31,350 nucleotides of DNA from a virus, in the IMG/VR virus record IMGVR_UViG_3300037336_000148, positions 1 to 31,350 of that record. One strand, 5' to 3'. Positions 22,815-31,350 of this stretch are shown in pieces. The translations under genes and the position numbers were made by a program. Every line of letters starts with the position of its first letter. The stretch's first letter is position 1. The notes beneath the pieces are model-generated. The model did not search any database. It saw only the letters and a list, made by a program, of their open reading frames with translations, and was not told the DNA's origin.

Positions 22815-23195
22815 ATGAAAACATTTAAAGAGATTAAAAAGCATTTTAAAAATGCAAAAGAAGTAAGGTGTTTAGTTGATAGAAAGATTTATAAAATAGG
22901 TAAAATTAAAACTAATAAAGAAGGATTTGCCCGCTTTGAAATTTTTTGGGTTACTGATAAATATGTTAGGAATACAATAAAATTAAGTGAAAATAATGAA
23001 TTAGCTGAAATAATTTCTTATAAAAAACCTAAATTTGAATATGGTGATAAAGTAGTGGCTAGTGATTACAAAGATTTTAGTATTTCTGTAAATTGTAGAT
23101 ACGCTTGTAAAAATTTATTTAATAGATACGTAGTATTTACTGATTATGATTATGATTATGCTTTTGTTTATAAATATATTAAAAAAACAATATGA
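22815..23195 (+). CDS. Hypothetical protein, tandem paralog copy 1
   Basis: 126 aa. It shares long exact DNA runs with the next gene, for example aaaaagcattttaaaaatgcaaaaga, gctgaaataatttcttataaaaaacctaaattt and aattgtagatacgcttgtaaaaatttatt. Confidence 0.6.
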   Translation: MKTFKEIKKHFKNAKEVRCLVDRKIYKIGKIKTNKEGFARFEIFWVTDKYVRNTIKLSENNELAEIISYKKPKFEYGDKVVASDYKDFSISVNCRYACKNLFNRYVVFTDYDYDYAFVYKYIKKTI

Positions 23196-23540
23196 AACTA
23201 AAAGAAGTAAAAAAGCATTTTAAAAATGCAAAAGAGGTAAGGTGTTTGAATGATGGAAAGATTTATGAATTAGGCAAAATTAAAATTAATAAGGCAGTAT
23301 TTACATATTTTAATGTTTTTGTAGTTTATGATAAATCTAAAAAAATTGCAGTAAAACTAAGTGATAATAATCAATTTGCTGAAATAATTTCTTATAAAAA
23401 ACCTAAATTTAAATATTTAGAAAAAGTAATTGTTAATTTTTGGCAATTGTAGATACGCTTGTAAAAATTTATTAAAAGGATACCTTATGTTTAATGATTA
23501 TGATTTTTATGTTTATAAATATATTAAAAAAATAAAATAA
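23192..23540 (+). pseudogene. Tandem paralog copy 2 with a broken frame
   Basis: 23192..23452 encodes 86 aa and stops at TAG. The homologous C-terminal module (GNCRYACKNLLKGYLMFNDYDFYVYKYIKKIK) continues in the +1 frame from 23430 to a TAA overlapping the terS ATG at 23540. The frames overlap across a T5 run (23437-23441). Confidence 0.5.
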
Positions 23541-23992
23541 TGGCAAAGAACGGTAACATACACCCAACAAGAATATTTAAAAATCCAGACGAATTAGAAC
23601 ACGCTTTTCAGCTTTATAAAGACGATTTACTATTGCAGGCTAAAGAATGGCAAAAAGTTCAGTATGTAGGCAAAGAAGGTCAACGAATGAGCGATGATAT
23701 AAAGTTGCCTTATACGTTAGATGGTTTTGAGGTTTTTTGTTATAAAAATTATGGAACAGTTGAGGATTATTTCAAAAACAAAGATGGTTATTACACTGAC
23801 TTCTCACCTATCTGTACACACATAAAAAAAGAAATTAGAGCAAATCAAATTACAGGTGGTATGGCAGGAGTGTTTAATCCTAGCATTACGCAGCGATTAA
23901 ATAACTTAGTAGAAAGAATTGAGGAGATTACTCCAGACAAGCCTAAAAAAATAATTGTAAAAATTAAAAGAGATGAAAATAATAATTCTTAA
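23540..23992 (+). CDS. terS: Terminase small subunit
   Basis: 150 aa upstream of terL. The pattern PYTLDGFEVFC...YF...F..I...IK.EI...Q..GGMAG.FNPSI is typical of gp3-type small terminase/DNA-packaging proteins. Confidence 0.6.
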   Translation: MAKNGNIHPTRIFKNPDELEHAFQLYKDDLLLQAKEWQKVQYVGKEGQRMSDDIKLPYTLDGFEVFCYKNYGTVEDYFKNKDGYYTDFSPICTHIKKEIRANQITGGMAGVFNPSITQRLNNLVERIEEITPDKPKKIIVKIKRDENNNS

Positions 23993-24153
23993 GAGGTCTA
24001 TACTGTTTATAGACTTAGATTTAAAATCGGATAAATGTCATTGTTTCTTTTTATTTTTTATAAGTTGGAATATAATTAAAGATAATTACCAAGAATTTAA
24101 TTTTAATAATACAAACATGAAACAAATTAAACAATTTCACGTAAATTTGGCGG

Positions 24154-25560
24154 ATGACTGGAATAGAAAGTATAGAATTTGAGAAAGAGTTTTTTAATGA
24201 ATTGTATCATGAATTTGATGAAGCTTTTAATAATTCTGATATTCGTTATATTTTTGCTTACGGTGGTTCTAGTAGCTCTAAAACTTGGTCTATTTGTCAA
24301 AGAATAATCATCTACATGATTGAGGATGAGGATAATAATTCTTTTGTATTTAAGAAAGTTTCTGCAAAAATTGATGAAACAATATTTGCAACTTTTAAAA
24401 AAATAATTAAACAATGGGGTTTTTTAGATTACTTTATAATACAAAAACATTTTATAAAGTGTAAACATACTGGTTCATATACTTCTTTTTCAGGTCTGGA
24501 TGATGCTGACAAGGTTAAAGGATTGGAGGATTATAGGAAAATATTTATCGATGAGTTAGATCAAATAGCTTTTTATGATTACGAGCAATTGGAAACAAGA
24601 TTAAGAGGTCAAGAAGGCCAGCAAATTATTGGTGCGTTTAATCCTGTTAGTGAAATGTCAGATATAAAAACAAAAATATTTGACAAAGAAGAATTGACTG
24701 AAGTTCCTTGTAAGTCTGTTGATTTAAAACTAGTAAATAAAGACAAGGATATGCTTATTTTAAGAACAAATTATCTTTATAACATTTGGATAGTTGGAGA
24801 TGGAAAAGGTGGTGGGTTTATTGACAAGCATACAATTAAAAAGTTTGAAAAATTTAAAATAACAAACTTAAATCATTATAACATCTACGCTCTAGGTAAA
24901 TGGGGCAAACTAAGAACTGGTGGAGAGTTTTTAAAACAATTTAAAAGCGATAAGCATGTAGGAGTTTATGATTACGATCCTAATTTACCCTTGCATATTT
25001 CATTTGACGAAAACGTATTACCTTATCTTACTTGTAATGTATTCCAAATAGAAAACGGTTTGCTTAAGCAAATAGATGAAATAATGCTTAAAGACCCGCT
25101 TAATACGCTTAAAGATACTTGTGACGAGTTTATTAAGCGGTATGGCAAAAATAAAGAGGGCTTGTTTGTGTACGGAGATGCAACTAGCAAAAAACAAGAT
25201 ACAAAAATACAAAAAGGTCAAAACTTTTATTTACTTATAAAAGGATATTTAAAAAATAGTCATCCTACATTTAGAGTGCCTCCTAGCAATCCATCAGTAA
25301 TAATGTCAAGAGGATTTACAAACGAGGTACTTTTAGGTAGCATAGAGGGATTAAAATTAGTTTTTGATAGTAAATGCAGAAACAGTATAAACGATTACCA
25401 ATACTGCACCGAGAATGAGGAAGGCAAAGTAAATAAAAAAGTTGTTAAAGATAAAGTAACAGGGCAATCTTACCAAGAATACGGGCACGCATGCGATACG
25501 TTAAGATATATTTTAACAAGAATGTTTGTCGATAAATATAAAAAATACATGAAAGGATGA
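24154..25560 (+). CDS. terL: Terminase large subunit
   Basis: Walker A-like AYGGSSSSKTWS, Walker B KIFIDELDQ, and C-terminal nuclease motif YGHACDTLRY. 468 aa. Confidence 0.85.
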   Translation: MTGIESIEFEKEFFNELYHEFDEAFNNSDIRYIFAYGGSSSSKTWSICQRIIIYMIEDEDNNSFVFKKVSAKIDETIFATFKKIIKQWGFLDYFIIQKHFIKCKHTGSYTSFSGLDDADKVKGLEDYRKIFIDELDQIAFYDYEQLETRLRGQEGQQIIGAFNPVSEMSDIKTKIFDKEELTEVPCKSVDLKLVNKDKDMLILRTNYLYNIWIVGDGKGGGFIDKHTIKKFEKFKITNLNHYNIYALGKWGKLRTGGEFLKQFKSDKHVGVYDYDPNLPLHISFDENVLPYLTCNVFQIENGLLKQIDEIMLKDPLNTLKDTCDEFIKRYGKNKEGLFVYGDATSKKQDTKIQKGQNFYLLIKGYLKNSHPTFRVPPSNPSVIMSRGFTNEVLLGSIEGLKLVFDSKCRNSINDYQYCTENEEGKVNKKVVKDKVTGQSYQEYGHACDTLRYILTRMFVDKYKKYMKG

Positions 25561-25745
25561 AAATAGAAACAAAATTTAACTTATCAGAAATTGTGTATCT
25601 GATAACGGACAACGAACAATTAGAGAGAATTATTACTGGAATTACAATTTCTCATAATCAAATAATTTATAGACTAGCTTGTAGTATTGTTGAAAGTTGG
25701 CACTATGATTTTGAATTTGTAAAAGAAAAAACCTTTAAATTATAA
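25557..25745 (+). CDS. Hypothetical protein
   Basis: 62-aa ORF with an ATGA overlap with the terL stop. Confidence 0.5.
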   Translation: MKIETKFNLSEIVYLITDNEQLERIITGITISHNQIIYRLACSIVESWHYDFEFVKEKTFKL

Positions 25746-25749
25746 AAGG

Positions 25750-26283
25750 ATGATTTTAGGAATAACACTAAACAAATTTGCTAAACTAAAAAATCAAGGG
25801 CAAAACATAAAGTTTGCATTTTGGATTAATTATTTACTTAATAAAAAGTCATCTTATAAATTTAAAACTAAAGATATACAAAACTTAACATTTGATCAGT
25901 ATACAGATTTAGAGATATTTTTAGAAGCAGAAGGTTTTAAAGAATTTTGTAGTATCTTTGTTGTAAAAAAATGGTATCAAATAATTTACGTTCATAATTT
26001 AGAATTAATCATGTTAGATTATTCAGCGCAAAAAACAGCGCATTACGAACTAAATGATTTTATTTTTAATCCTCCTATTTACGGAGAGGAAGGCAGCGAG
26101 ACAATCGGATCTGAAGTTAGAAAAGAATTCGTTGAACGGTTTGGAAACAATGTAGTTTTAATGGACGTCCTTTGTAAAGGAGACTTAAGCAAATATAAAT
26201 TAGTAGAGCAATGGAAGGTTAGCGAGTTCTTTTTTTGGGCAAACTATCTTACGGGTCAAAGAATATTAGAACAAGTAAAATAA
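25750..26283 (+). CDS. Hypothetical protein
   Basis: 177-aa ORF, tightly packed. No motif recognised. Confidence 0.6.
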   Translation: MILGITLNKFAKLKNQGQNIKFAFWINYLLNKKSSYKFKTKDIQNLTFDQYTDLEIFLEAEGFKEFCSIFVVKKWYQIIYVHNLELIMLDYSAQKTAHYELNDFIFNPPIYGEEGSETIGSEVRKEFVERFGNNVVLMDVLCKGDLSKYKLVEQWKVSEFFFWANYLTGQRILEQVK

Positions 26284-26288
26284 AATTT

Positions 26289-26747
26289 ATGGCTAGTCAA
26301 TTATCACAAGTTTTAACGCACATTATAGAAGTTTATAGCGCAAGTCCGTTAGTTAATACAATTGCTTTTAAGGATGATGATGTGATTGATATTAGCAAAG
26401 AAAACATTTATCCTTTAGTAAGTTTTCAATTATTGTCAAGCCCAGCACCGTTGCAAGACTTAAAGAAGTTTGTTTTTGAATTTACAATTTTAAATCAAAG
26501 AGACGACGCTAAAATTGCAACGCCTTCTAAATTATTAAGTGATATAAATTATATTGATAACATTGGAATAGCTGACAGCATCGCAAACAATTTTATTTTA
26601 GAGGTTTTAAAATCACATAATGTTTTGAATATTAATATAGTGGAGGCTAGTGTATCAGAGTTTGTTCCAGTAAGACGTGATGAACGCAATAATTTAGATG
26701 GAGTAAAATTTAACGCTACATTTTCAATTCATCAAAATGACATATAG
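26289..26747 (+). CDS. Hypothetical virion-module protein
   Basis: The track ORF starts at 26235 inside the previous gene. The in-frame ATG at 26289 (MASQLSQVL) follows the upstream stop by 5 nt. Confidence 0.55.
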   Translation: MASQLSQVLTHIIEVYSASPLVNTIAFKDDDVIDISKENIYPLVSFQLLSSPAPLQDLKKFVFEFTILNQRDDAKIATPSKLLSDINYIDNIGIADSIANNFILEVLKSHNVLNINIVEASVSEFVPVRRDERNNLDGVKFNATFSIHQNDI

Positions 26748-27159
26748 CGTAGGACAAATAAGGCAGTACATTAGAGAGGTTATAAGAACTTCTAAAAACA
26801 CAGCTAGAGTTGATTCTGGATTGCTTAAAGATACGATGAGAGGAGCTTACATAGGTAAAACAAATTCCATAGAATTTAGACAGTTGTTTTATGGAGCTTA
26901 TGGCACAAACAGTAGGTTAATTGCGAACGCTAAAAGAATTATACCTAAAGATTTAGAATGGGTAGTTTTTTTTGAGGATGAACAAGGTAGAGAAATAACC
27001 ATTAAAGGCAAGACTAGAACTGGGCGCGATATAAGAAGGTCAGCAGTAAGCAGCGCAAATATAGGTACTGACAAGATTAAGCAATTATTAAAATCTTTAA
27101 AAATAGCAGATGGCGGCAAGAAAGACAATACAACAGAAGGAGATAGAAGCGTTGACTAA
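26737..27159 (+). CDS. Hypothetical protein, possible head-tail joining type
   Basis: 140 aa. ARVDSGLLKDTMRG loosely resembles the TG.L..S motif of HK97 gp10-like proteins. Weak evidence. Confidence 0.4.
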   Translation: MTYSVGQIRQYIREVIRTSKNTARVDSGLLKDTMRGAYIGKTNSIEFRQLFYGAYGTNSRLIANAKRIIPKDLEWVVFFEDEQGREITIKGKTRTGRDIRRSAVSSANIGTDKIKQLLKSLKIADGGKKDNTTEGDRSVD

Positions 27160-27463
27160 AAATAGTTTGCTTGAATTAGGAAGGTTAGTTAAAGTTGTAA
27201 CCGCTAGAAATTCAAAAGTGAGCTTGCTAGAAAAAGATCACTTACGGGATTCTGTTGGTAGAGCGGTTAAGCCTTATAATACTTTGATATTATCTCAAAA
27301 GTTTTACGGTCAATATAATACACCTAAAGGGGAGGCTACACCAAAGGAAAGAGAAAATTTAATAAATACACCTATGACAAATGCAATTAGAGAATATGTG
27401 GTCGATGCGGTTAATGTTCACGTAAAAAACATGATTGATTTATTAACTAGTCCAATAGTATAG
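27110..27463 (+). CDS. Hypothetical protein, distant paralog of the preceding gene
   Basis: 117 aa. HLRDSVGRAV...QKFYGQYNTP parallels LLKDTMRGAY...QLFYGAYGTN in the previous ORF. The two overlap by 50 nt. Confidence 0.45.
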   Translation: MAARKTIQQKEIEALTKNSLLELGRLVKVVTARNSKVSLLEKDHLRDSVGRAVKPYNTLILSQKFYGQYNTPKGEATPKERENLINTPMTNAIREYVVDAVNVHVKNMIDLLTSPIV

Positions 27464-27464
27464 T

Positions 27465-28622
27465 ATGCCTTTAGCAACACCAATTTTAACAAACATAGAC
27501 AGCAAAGCAAAAATATACTTTGCGGAAAGTCCTGTTATATTTAATTTTCTAAACGAATTACAAGATACTAATATACAAACAGTAAGTATTGAAATATACA
27601 TTTGGCGCGGATCGCAAACTAATGATTTGCCTTTAAGTCCTAACGTTGTGTTTAATAATGTAAAAAAAATATCGCAAGATGATAATTATATCGAGATAAA
27701 TATAAATAACGAACTTAAGTCTTTTATTACTAGTAGTAACCTAAACAAAAATAATCCGCAATTTGCTTATAATAGCACGGCAGGCGCAACAACGGCAGGC
27801 GAAGGGGTATACTTTCATGTTGTTTTTAAAGTTAACTTAGAAAGCGTAAAACAGTTAGGTACTTTTTTTGCCACGTCAGGTTATCGATTGACGCAAGAAC
27901 AAAAAGGAGGTTCTTATAGCACATTTGATGAGGTTGAATTACTAAGAAGGTTTGCAAATGCTATAAATTATGATAGGTTTACTTTTAATTTAAACACAAC
28001 AGCAGAAACTTCTACATCAGGCACAGGAGAAAATGGAATCATTTTGCAAACAATTGTAAATCCTGCTTTAAGATTGCAACAAACAGGAGTTACTTCTATA
28101 ATCGTTTATCTCAATCGTTTAGGTTTATGGGATACCTTTACTCCGTTTGGGAGGTTTACGGAAACAATACCGACAAAACGAGATGAGTTTAGTATTTCTT
28201 TTAGAAATGCATTAAACATTAATAGCCAAATTCAACACCTTAAGCAAAACGGATCTCCAGTTGGTTTTAGAAAATTTACAATTAATACAGGCTTAATTGA
28301 CGAAAACAATAATTATCAAATAAGAGAATTATTAGCATCAAGTAAATTGTATTTGGTTATATTTGGAGCTGATATATTTAAAACAGTGCAAACAGGCATT
28401 ACAGTAGATAGTACATCGGTAACCGTTGACAACACAACTATTACAGTAGATAGCGATGTTGTTACAGAATTAAATTTAGGTTTTTACTCTACTTTTACAC
28501 AAATACCAATTAAGAATTTAACAACAGATTTTTTAAAGAAAACAAGGCTTAACGATAAGAGCTCTATATCTTACACGCTAGAGTTTGAGGAAACTAATAA
28601 TTTTATAAATAACATTGTCTAA
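27465..28622 (+). CDS. Virion structural protein, unknown role
   Basis: 385-aa Asn/Thr-rich beta-type composition with internal ITVDSTSVTVDNTTITVDSD repeats. It sits in the tail-like block. Confidence 0.55.
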   Translation: MPLATPILTNIDSKAKIYFAESPVIFNFLNELQDTNIQTVSIEIYIWRGSQTNDLPLSPNVVFNNVKKISQDDNYIEININNELKSFITSSNLNKNNPQFAYNSTAGATTAGEGVYFHVVFKVNLESVKQLGTFFATSGYRLTQEQKGGSYSTFDEVELLRRFANAINYDRFTFNLNTTAETSTSGTGENGIILQTIVNPALRLQQTGVTSIIVYLNRLGLWDTFTPFGRFTETIPTKRDEFSISFRNALNINSQIQHLKQNGSPVGFRKFTINTGLIDENNNYQIRELLASSKLYLVIFGADIFKTVQTGITVDSTSVTVDNTTITVDSDVVTELNLGFYSTFTQIPIKNLTTDFLKKTRLNDKSSISYTLEFEETNNFINNIV

Positions 28623-30865
28623 TGGTTCAAATATACATCAAGCATACTGACAATAATTTTTATTTATTAGATGTCGACGAAAACGAACTTATAAATTTAA
28701 AGTTTACATTTAAAGACTTAAACGACATTAGTAAAATATTTGCACCATTTACGCAATCATTTACTTTAAAGGCAACAGATAAAAATAAAATACTAAGCGG
28801 GTTTTACGGTAATGAAAAAATACAAAGACCTAATTTAACAGGCGAATTTGATTCTAAAATTTACATAGCTGGTTTTTTATTTCAGTCAGGCAAATTAACA
28901 TTTAAAGAAAGTGATTACGAATTTCAAAACCAGAAAGTTTACAAAGCATCTTTTGCAAGTAATTTAACAAGCCTGTCAGAAATTTTAGGAGACACAACAA
29001 TACAGTCGTTATTCCAGAAAACAGATGGCAGTTTTGATACTGAATTTTTAATTGATTTTAATACGCTTACTTTAAATAAATTAATGTCATCAATAAAATC
29101 TGTTGACGTTGCTAGTACCAATATAAATTTAAAGTTTGCAATTCCATTTATTAGCAATAAACGTGTTTGGATTTACGATGAGGAAAACTTAAAAACCGTT
29201 GATAATATTGCTTTTCAAAATAGCCGAACAATAGATACGGTTAACCAAATAGAACTAGATGAGATAAGACCTGCAATAAATTATAAATGTATTTTAGAAT
29301 ATTTAATTTTAAAAATAGGCGTGCCTATAATTTGCCCTTTATTTGACAGACCAGAATTGCTAGATATATTTACTTGGTGTAGTGCTGAAAATATAGTTAC
29401 ACCTAATACAAAAGCGTCCCCGCTTGTAAATTATAATAATATAATTGCAGCTAGAACAGATTTTAAAAGAGATACATCAGCGGTAAGCGTTCCACAAATA
29501 GAAAACGTTAAATGGTTAATGACTAGTAATTCTGTTACAGGAATTTTTAAGTGCAAACGCAATAACGCAAACAGCGGAGAGCAAGGCGGTTGGTCTGATG
29601 GATTTGATGTTAATGTAATTTTTAACAACCTTATATCTTTACAAGGAGCTGGAACTAAAATAAAAGTAAATTTAATAAATGCGGAAACAAATATATTACT
29701 AGATAGTCAAGAGATAACAGGTAATGTATTTACAAGTAGAATAACAGATACAAGGGCTGAAAATCCGACAATGTTAAACAGTAACGGTGAGCTATTTATG
29801 AGAATAGAAGTTTTGCCTTTAACATTACTAGCTTGGAATAATCTTAATTTTCAAACTGTACAACGATTTAATTATACTAGACGAGTTACAGGTTTTAAAA
29901 GAACAGCGCGTGCAAATTATTCACACACCAGTTTAAACAGTACGGCATCAGCAACATTAGGCGGTAACAAATTTAATTTAATTACAGCTTTACCAAAAAT
30001 AAAGTCAGCTGATTTTTTAAGATCATTTTTTAAAACATTTAATATTTCAGTTGTTGCAACGGGATTACCTGATCAATCGATGTATTGGTTAACACCAAGC
30101 GACATACAAGAAAAAAACAAAGAGTGGAGCACTAGAGAGGTCGACTACACAGAATATACGGACATTGCTACTTTAAATAAAAAGGAAGGTAATGAATACA
30201 ATCAGTATTTATTTAGTCATGCAAAAAGCAAATATTTTGATAGTGAAACATTTGGCAGTTTAATATTTCCTGAAGCAGAAGTTTTAAAGCCAACTAAGTT
30301 TGAAATAAAAACTGATTATAGTATTATGAATGTGCGTAATTTAGCGCACCCTTCAAGCGTTAAGACCGCTTACGGATTTGCAAACGAAACACCAGAGGTT
30401 TTAAATAATGGTGCGGTAAGATACAAGCCAGTCTTTGAAGAATTTACTTTGTTTTATTTGCAGGCAAATAGCTTGGGTGCAAGTCCATTTTCTTTGCAAT
30501 TTTCTAATACGCAAAACCAAAGGTTGTTCCAAATATTACAGCCTTCTTATGTTAATTTTGCTAACAGAAAAACACTAGCCTTTGGCGCAATAGGAATAGA
30601 TACAGATTCTTTATACCTAAATTATTATAGTGAATTTATAGAATTACTTTTAAATCCTAATACTTATAAATCTGAGTTTATTGTTAATTTACCAGCAAAT
30701 GAAATATTTTTAAATTTTGCAAATACTAAACAAGGAGAGAGTAATATCCCAACAGGGTTTAGAATGCAAAACCAAATAATTATAGGTAATCAAAGATACT
30801 TCTTTTTAGATGCTCAAATAAATTTAACAGATGGTAGAACTAAATTAATAGCTTTAAATTTTTAA
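28622..30865 (+). CDS. Large virion structural protein (tail/baseplate-type, unknown role)
   Basis: 747-aa ORF whose start overlaps the previous stop (TAATG). It lies directly upstream of the tape-measure-like gene. Confidence 0.55.
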   Translation: MVQIYIKHTDNNFYLLDVDENELINLKFTFKDLNDISKIFAPFTQSFTLKATDKNKILSGFYGNEKIQRPNLTGEFDSKIYIAGFLFQSGKLTFKESDYEFQNQKVYKASFASNLTSLSEILGDTTIQSLFQKTDGSFDTEFLIDFNTLTLNKLMSSIKSVDVASTNINLKFAIPFISNKRVWIYDEENLKTVDNIAFQNSRTIDTVNQIELDEIRPAINYKCILEYLILKIGVPIICPLFDRPELLDIFTWCSAENIVTPNTKASPLVNYNNIIAARTDFKRDTSAVSVPQIENVKWLMTSNSVTGIFKCKRNNANSGEQGGWSDGFDVNVIFNNLISLQGAGTKIKVNLINAETNILLDSQEITGNVFTSRITDTRAENPTMLNSNGELFMRIEVLPLTLLAWNNLNFQTVQRFNYTRRVTGFKRTARANYSHTSLNSTASATLGGNKFNLITALPKIKSADFLRSFFKTFNISVVATGLPDQSMYWLTPSDIQEKNKEWSTREVDYTEYTDIATLNKKEGNEYNQYLFSHAKSKYFDSETFGSLIFPEAEVLKPTKFEIKTDYSIMNVRNLAHPSSVKTAYGFANETPEVLNNGAVRYKPVFEEFTLFYLQANSLGASPFSLQFSNTQNQRLFQILQPSYVNFANRKTLAFGAIGIDTDSLYLNYYSEFIELLLNPNTYKSEFIVNLPANEIFLNFANTKQGESNIPTGFRMQNQIIIGNQRYFFLDAQINLTDGRTKLIALNF

Positions 30866-30866
30866 T

Positions 30867-31350
30867 ATGGCAAATAAAAATCAAGACGAAGAAAAAAGAG
30901 TAAAAATTATATTTGATCAGAACGCAAGCACCGCAGCAACTGATGTAAACAAATTAAAAGCATCCTTAGATAAGGTAGAGGTTAGTGCAAAAGATGCTGA
31001 CAAGTCATTTAAAAATATTGACAAGACATTTGAGCAAGTTTACGGAGATTTGCAACCCCTTACGACTAGATTAGGCGAAGCAGAAGACAGATTGTATGAA
31101 TTGTCATTAGCGGGGCAAACTACCACTGAGGAGTTTAGATTGTTACTTCAAACTGTTGCAAATTACAGACGTGTTCAGATACAAACAGATCAGACCGTTG
31201 ATGCAGCAGCCACAACAATAGGCCAAAAATTAGGTGGGGCAGCGCAAATTGCAGCAGTAGGAGTGCAGGGAGTTACAGCAGGAATGGCATTATTTGGGGA
31301 TCAATCTGAAGACACCGAAAAAGCATTGTTAAAAGTACAAAGTGCCATGG
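30867..31350 (+). CDS. Tape-measure-like virion protein, 5-prime portion (continues into 1..1665)
   Basis: ATG at 30867, 1 nt after the previous stop. The frame is open to the window end and in phase with 1..1665 once the 127-bp overlap is collapsed. Confidence 0.55.
   Translation, partial: MANKNQDEEKRVKIIFDQNASTAATDVNKLKASLDKVEVSAKDADKSFKNIDKTFEQVYGDLQPLTTRLGEAEDRLYELSLAGQTTTEEFRLLLQTVANYRRVQIQTDQTVDAAATTIGQKLGGAAQIAAVGVQGVTAGMALFGDQSEDTEKALLKVQSAM
31224..31350. repeat. Terminal direct repeat, copy B (identical to 1..127)
   Basis: Exact 127/127 match read by eye. Confidence 0.95.

Noticed and set aside
23450-23452. TAG stop of paralog copy 2 as a recoded (read-through) codon
   Set aside because: Reading through the TAG gives only four more codons before a TAA and does not restore homology to copy 1. 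The homologous C-terminus is in the +1 frame, so a frame change explains the data, not stop recoding.
23973-24182. 69-aa ORF spanning the terS-terL gap
   Set aside because: It overlaps both terminase genes, has low-complexity AT-driven sequence, and I found no promoter box or coupling. The 160-nt gap may instead be regulatory. It remains only a weak possibility.
168-29628. Minus-strand track ORFs lying inside + strand genes (168..440, 1221..1469, 2047..2259, 2425..2835, 3898..4098, 4246..4431, 4289..4486, 6536..6778, 7678..8136, 8146..8379, 8865..9086, 9920..10120, 19907..20146, 24127..24414, 25018..25221, 26898..27128, 28939..29157, 29431..29628)
   Set aside because: All are fully embedded antisense to longer ORFs that have recognisable motifs or tight operon packing. 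Their translations are low-complexity (Ser/Leu/Phe/Ala-rich). None has a promoter or terminator context. They are treated as shadow ORFs.
1-31350. Searched by eye for an integrase/recombinase, tRNA genes, reverse transcriptase/DGR, a CRISPR array and transposase ends
   Set aside because: No ORF shows tyrosine or serine recombinase, RT or transposase motifs. No intergenic segment has tRNA-like GC-rich cloverleaf features such as GGTTCGAATCC-type T-arms. Absence was judged by eye only and should be confirmed with tRNAscan-SE and profile searches.

Overview
The window is one complete phage genome that closes on itself: a 31,223-bp unit plus an exact 127-bp terminal overlap (1..127 = 31224..31350). 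It is an AT-rich tailed dsDNA phage. The host is probably Bacteroidota/Flavobacteriia-like, judged from recurrent TAnnTTTG -7 boxes at gene boundaries and A-rich leaders without clear Shine-Dalgarno sites. Nearly all genes are on the + strand. In order: (1) a head module with an XkdF-like protease/scaffold, a capsid gene and a portal-like gene; (2) a tail-fibre module including a fibre with a peptidase-S74 chaperone; (3) a lysis cassette with two holin-like genes, a GH24 endolysin and a u-spanin candidate; (4) a TTG-initiated metallophosphoesterase; (5) a 1.7-kb minus-strand island holding an XRE-type HTH regulator and six small unknown ORFs, three of them too short for the ORF track; (6) a divergent early control region; (7) early and replication genes (DUF3310, Erf, a small protein with an SSB-like tail, SF2 helicase, VRR-NUC, orphan methyltransferase, HNH, RecA-fold RepA/DnaB-like ATPase); (8) an iteron-rich non-coding region; (9) small accessory genes including a tandem duplicated pair with a broken frame; (10) TerS and TerL; (11) a tail-like block ending in a tape-measure-like gene that wraps across the window ends. 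I saw no integrase, tRNA, CRISPR array or reverse transcriptase. The best candidates for something new are the minus-strand HTH-anchored small-gene cassette (anti-defence, immunity or toxin-like architecture), a two-copy stem-loop element in the early operon, the promoter-to-terminator mini-units upstream of the helicase, and the iteron/palindrome region at about 22.05-22.30 kb. All functional calls come from motif recognition by eye; no database search was run.
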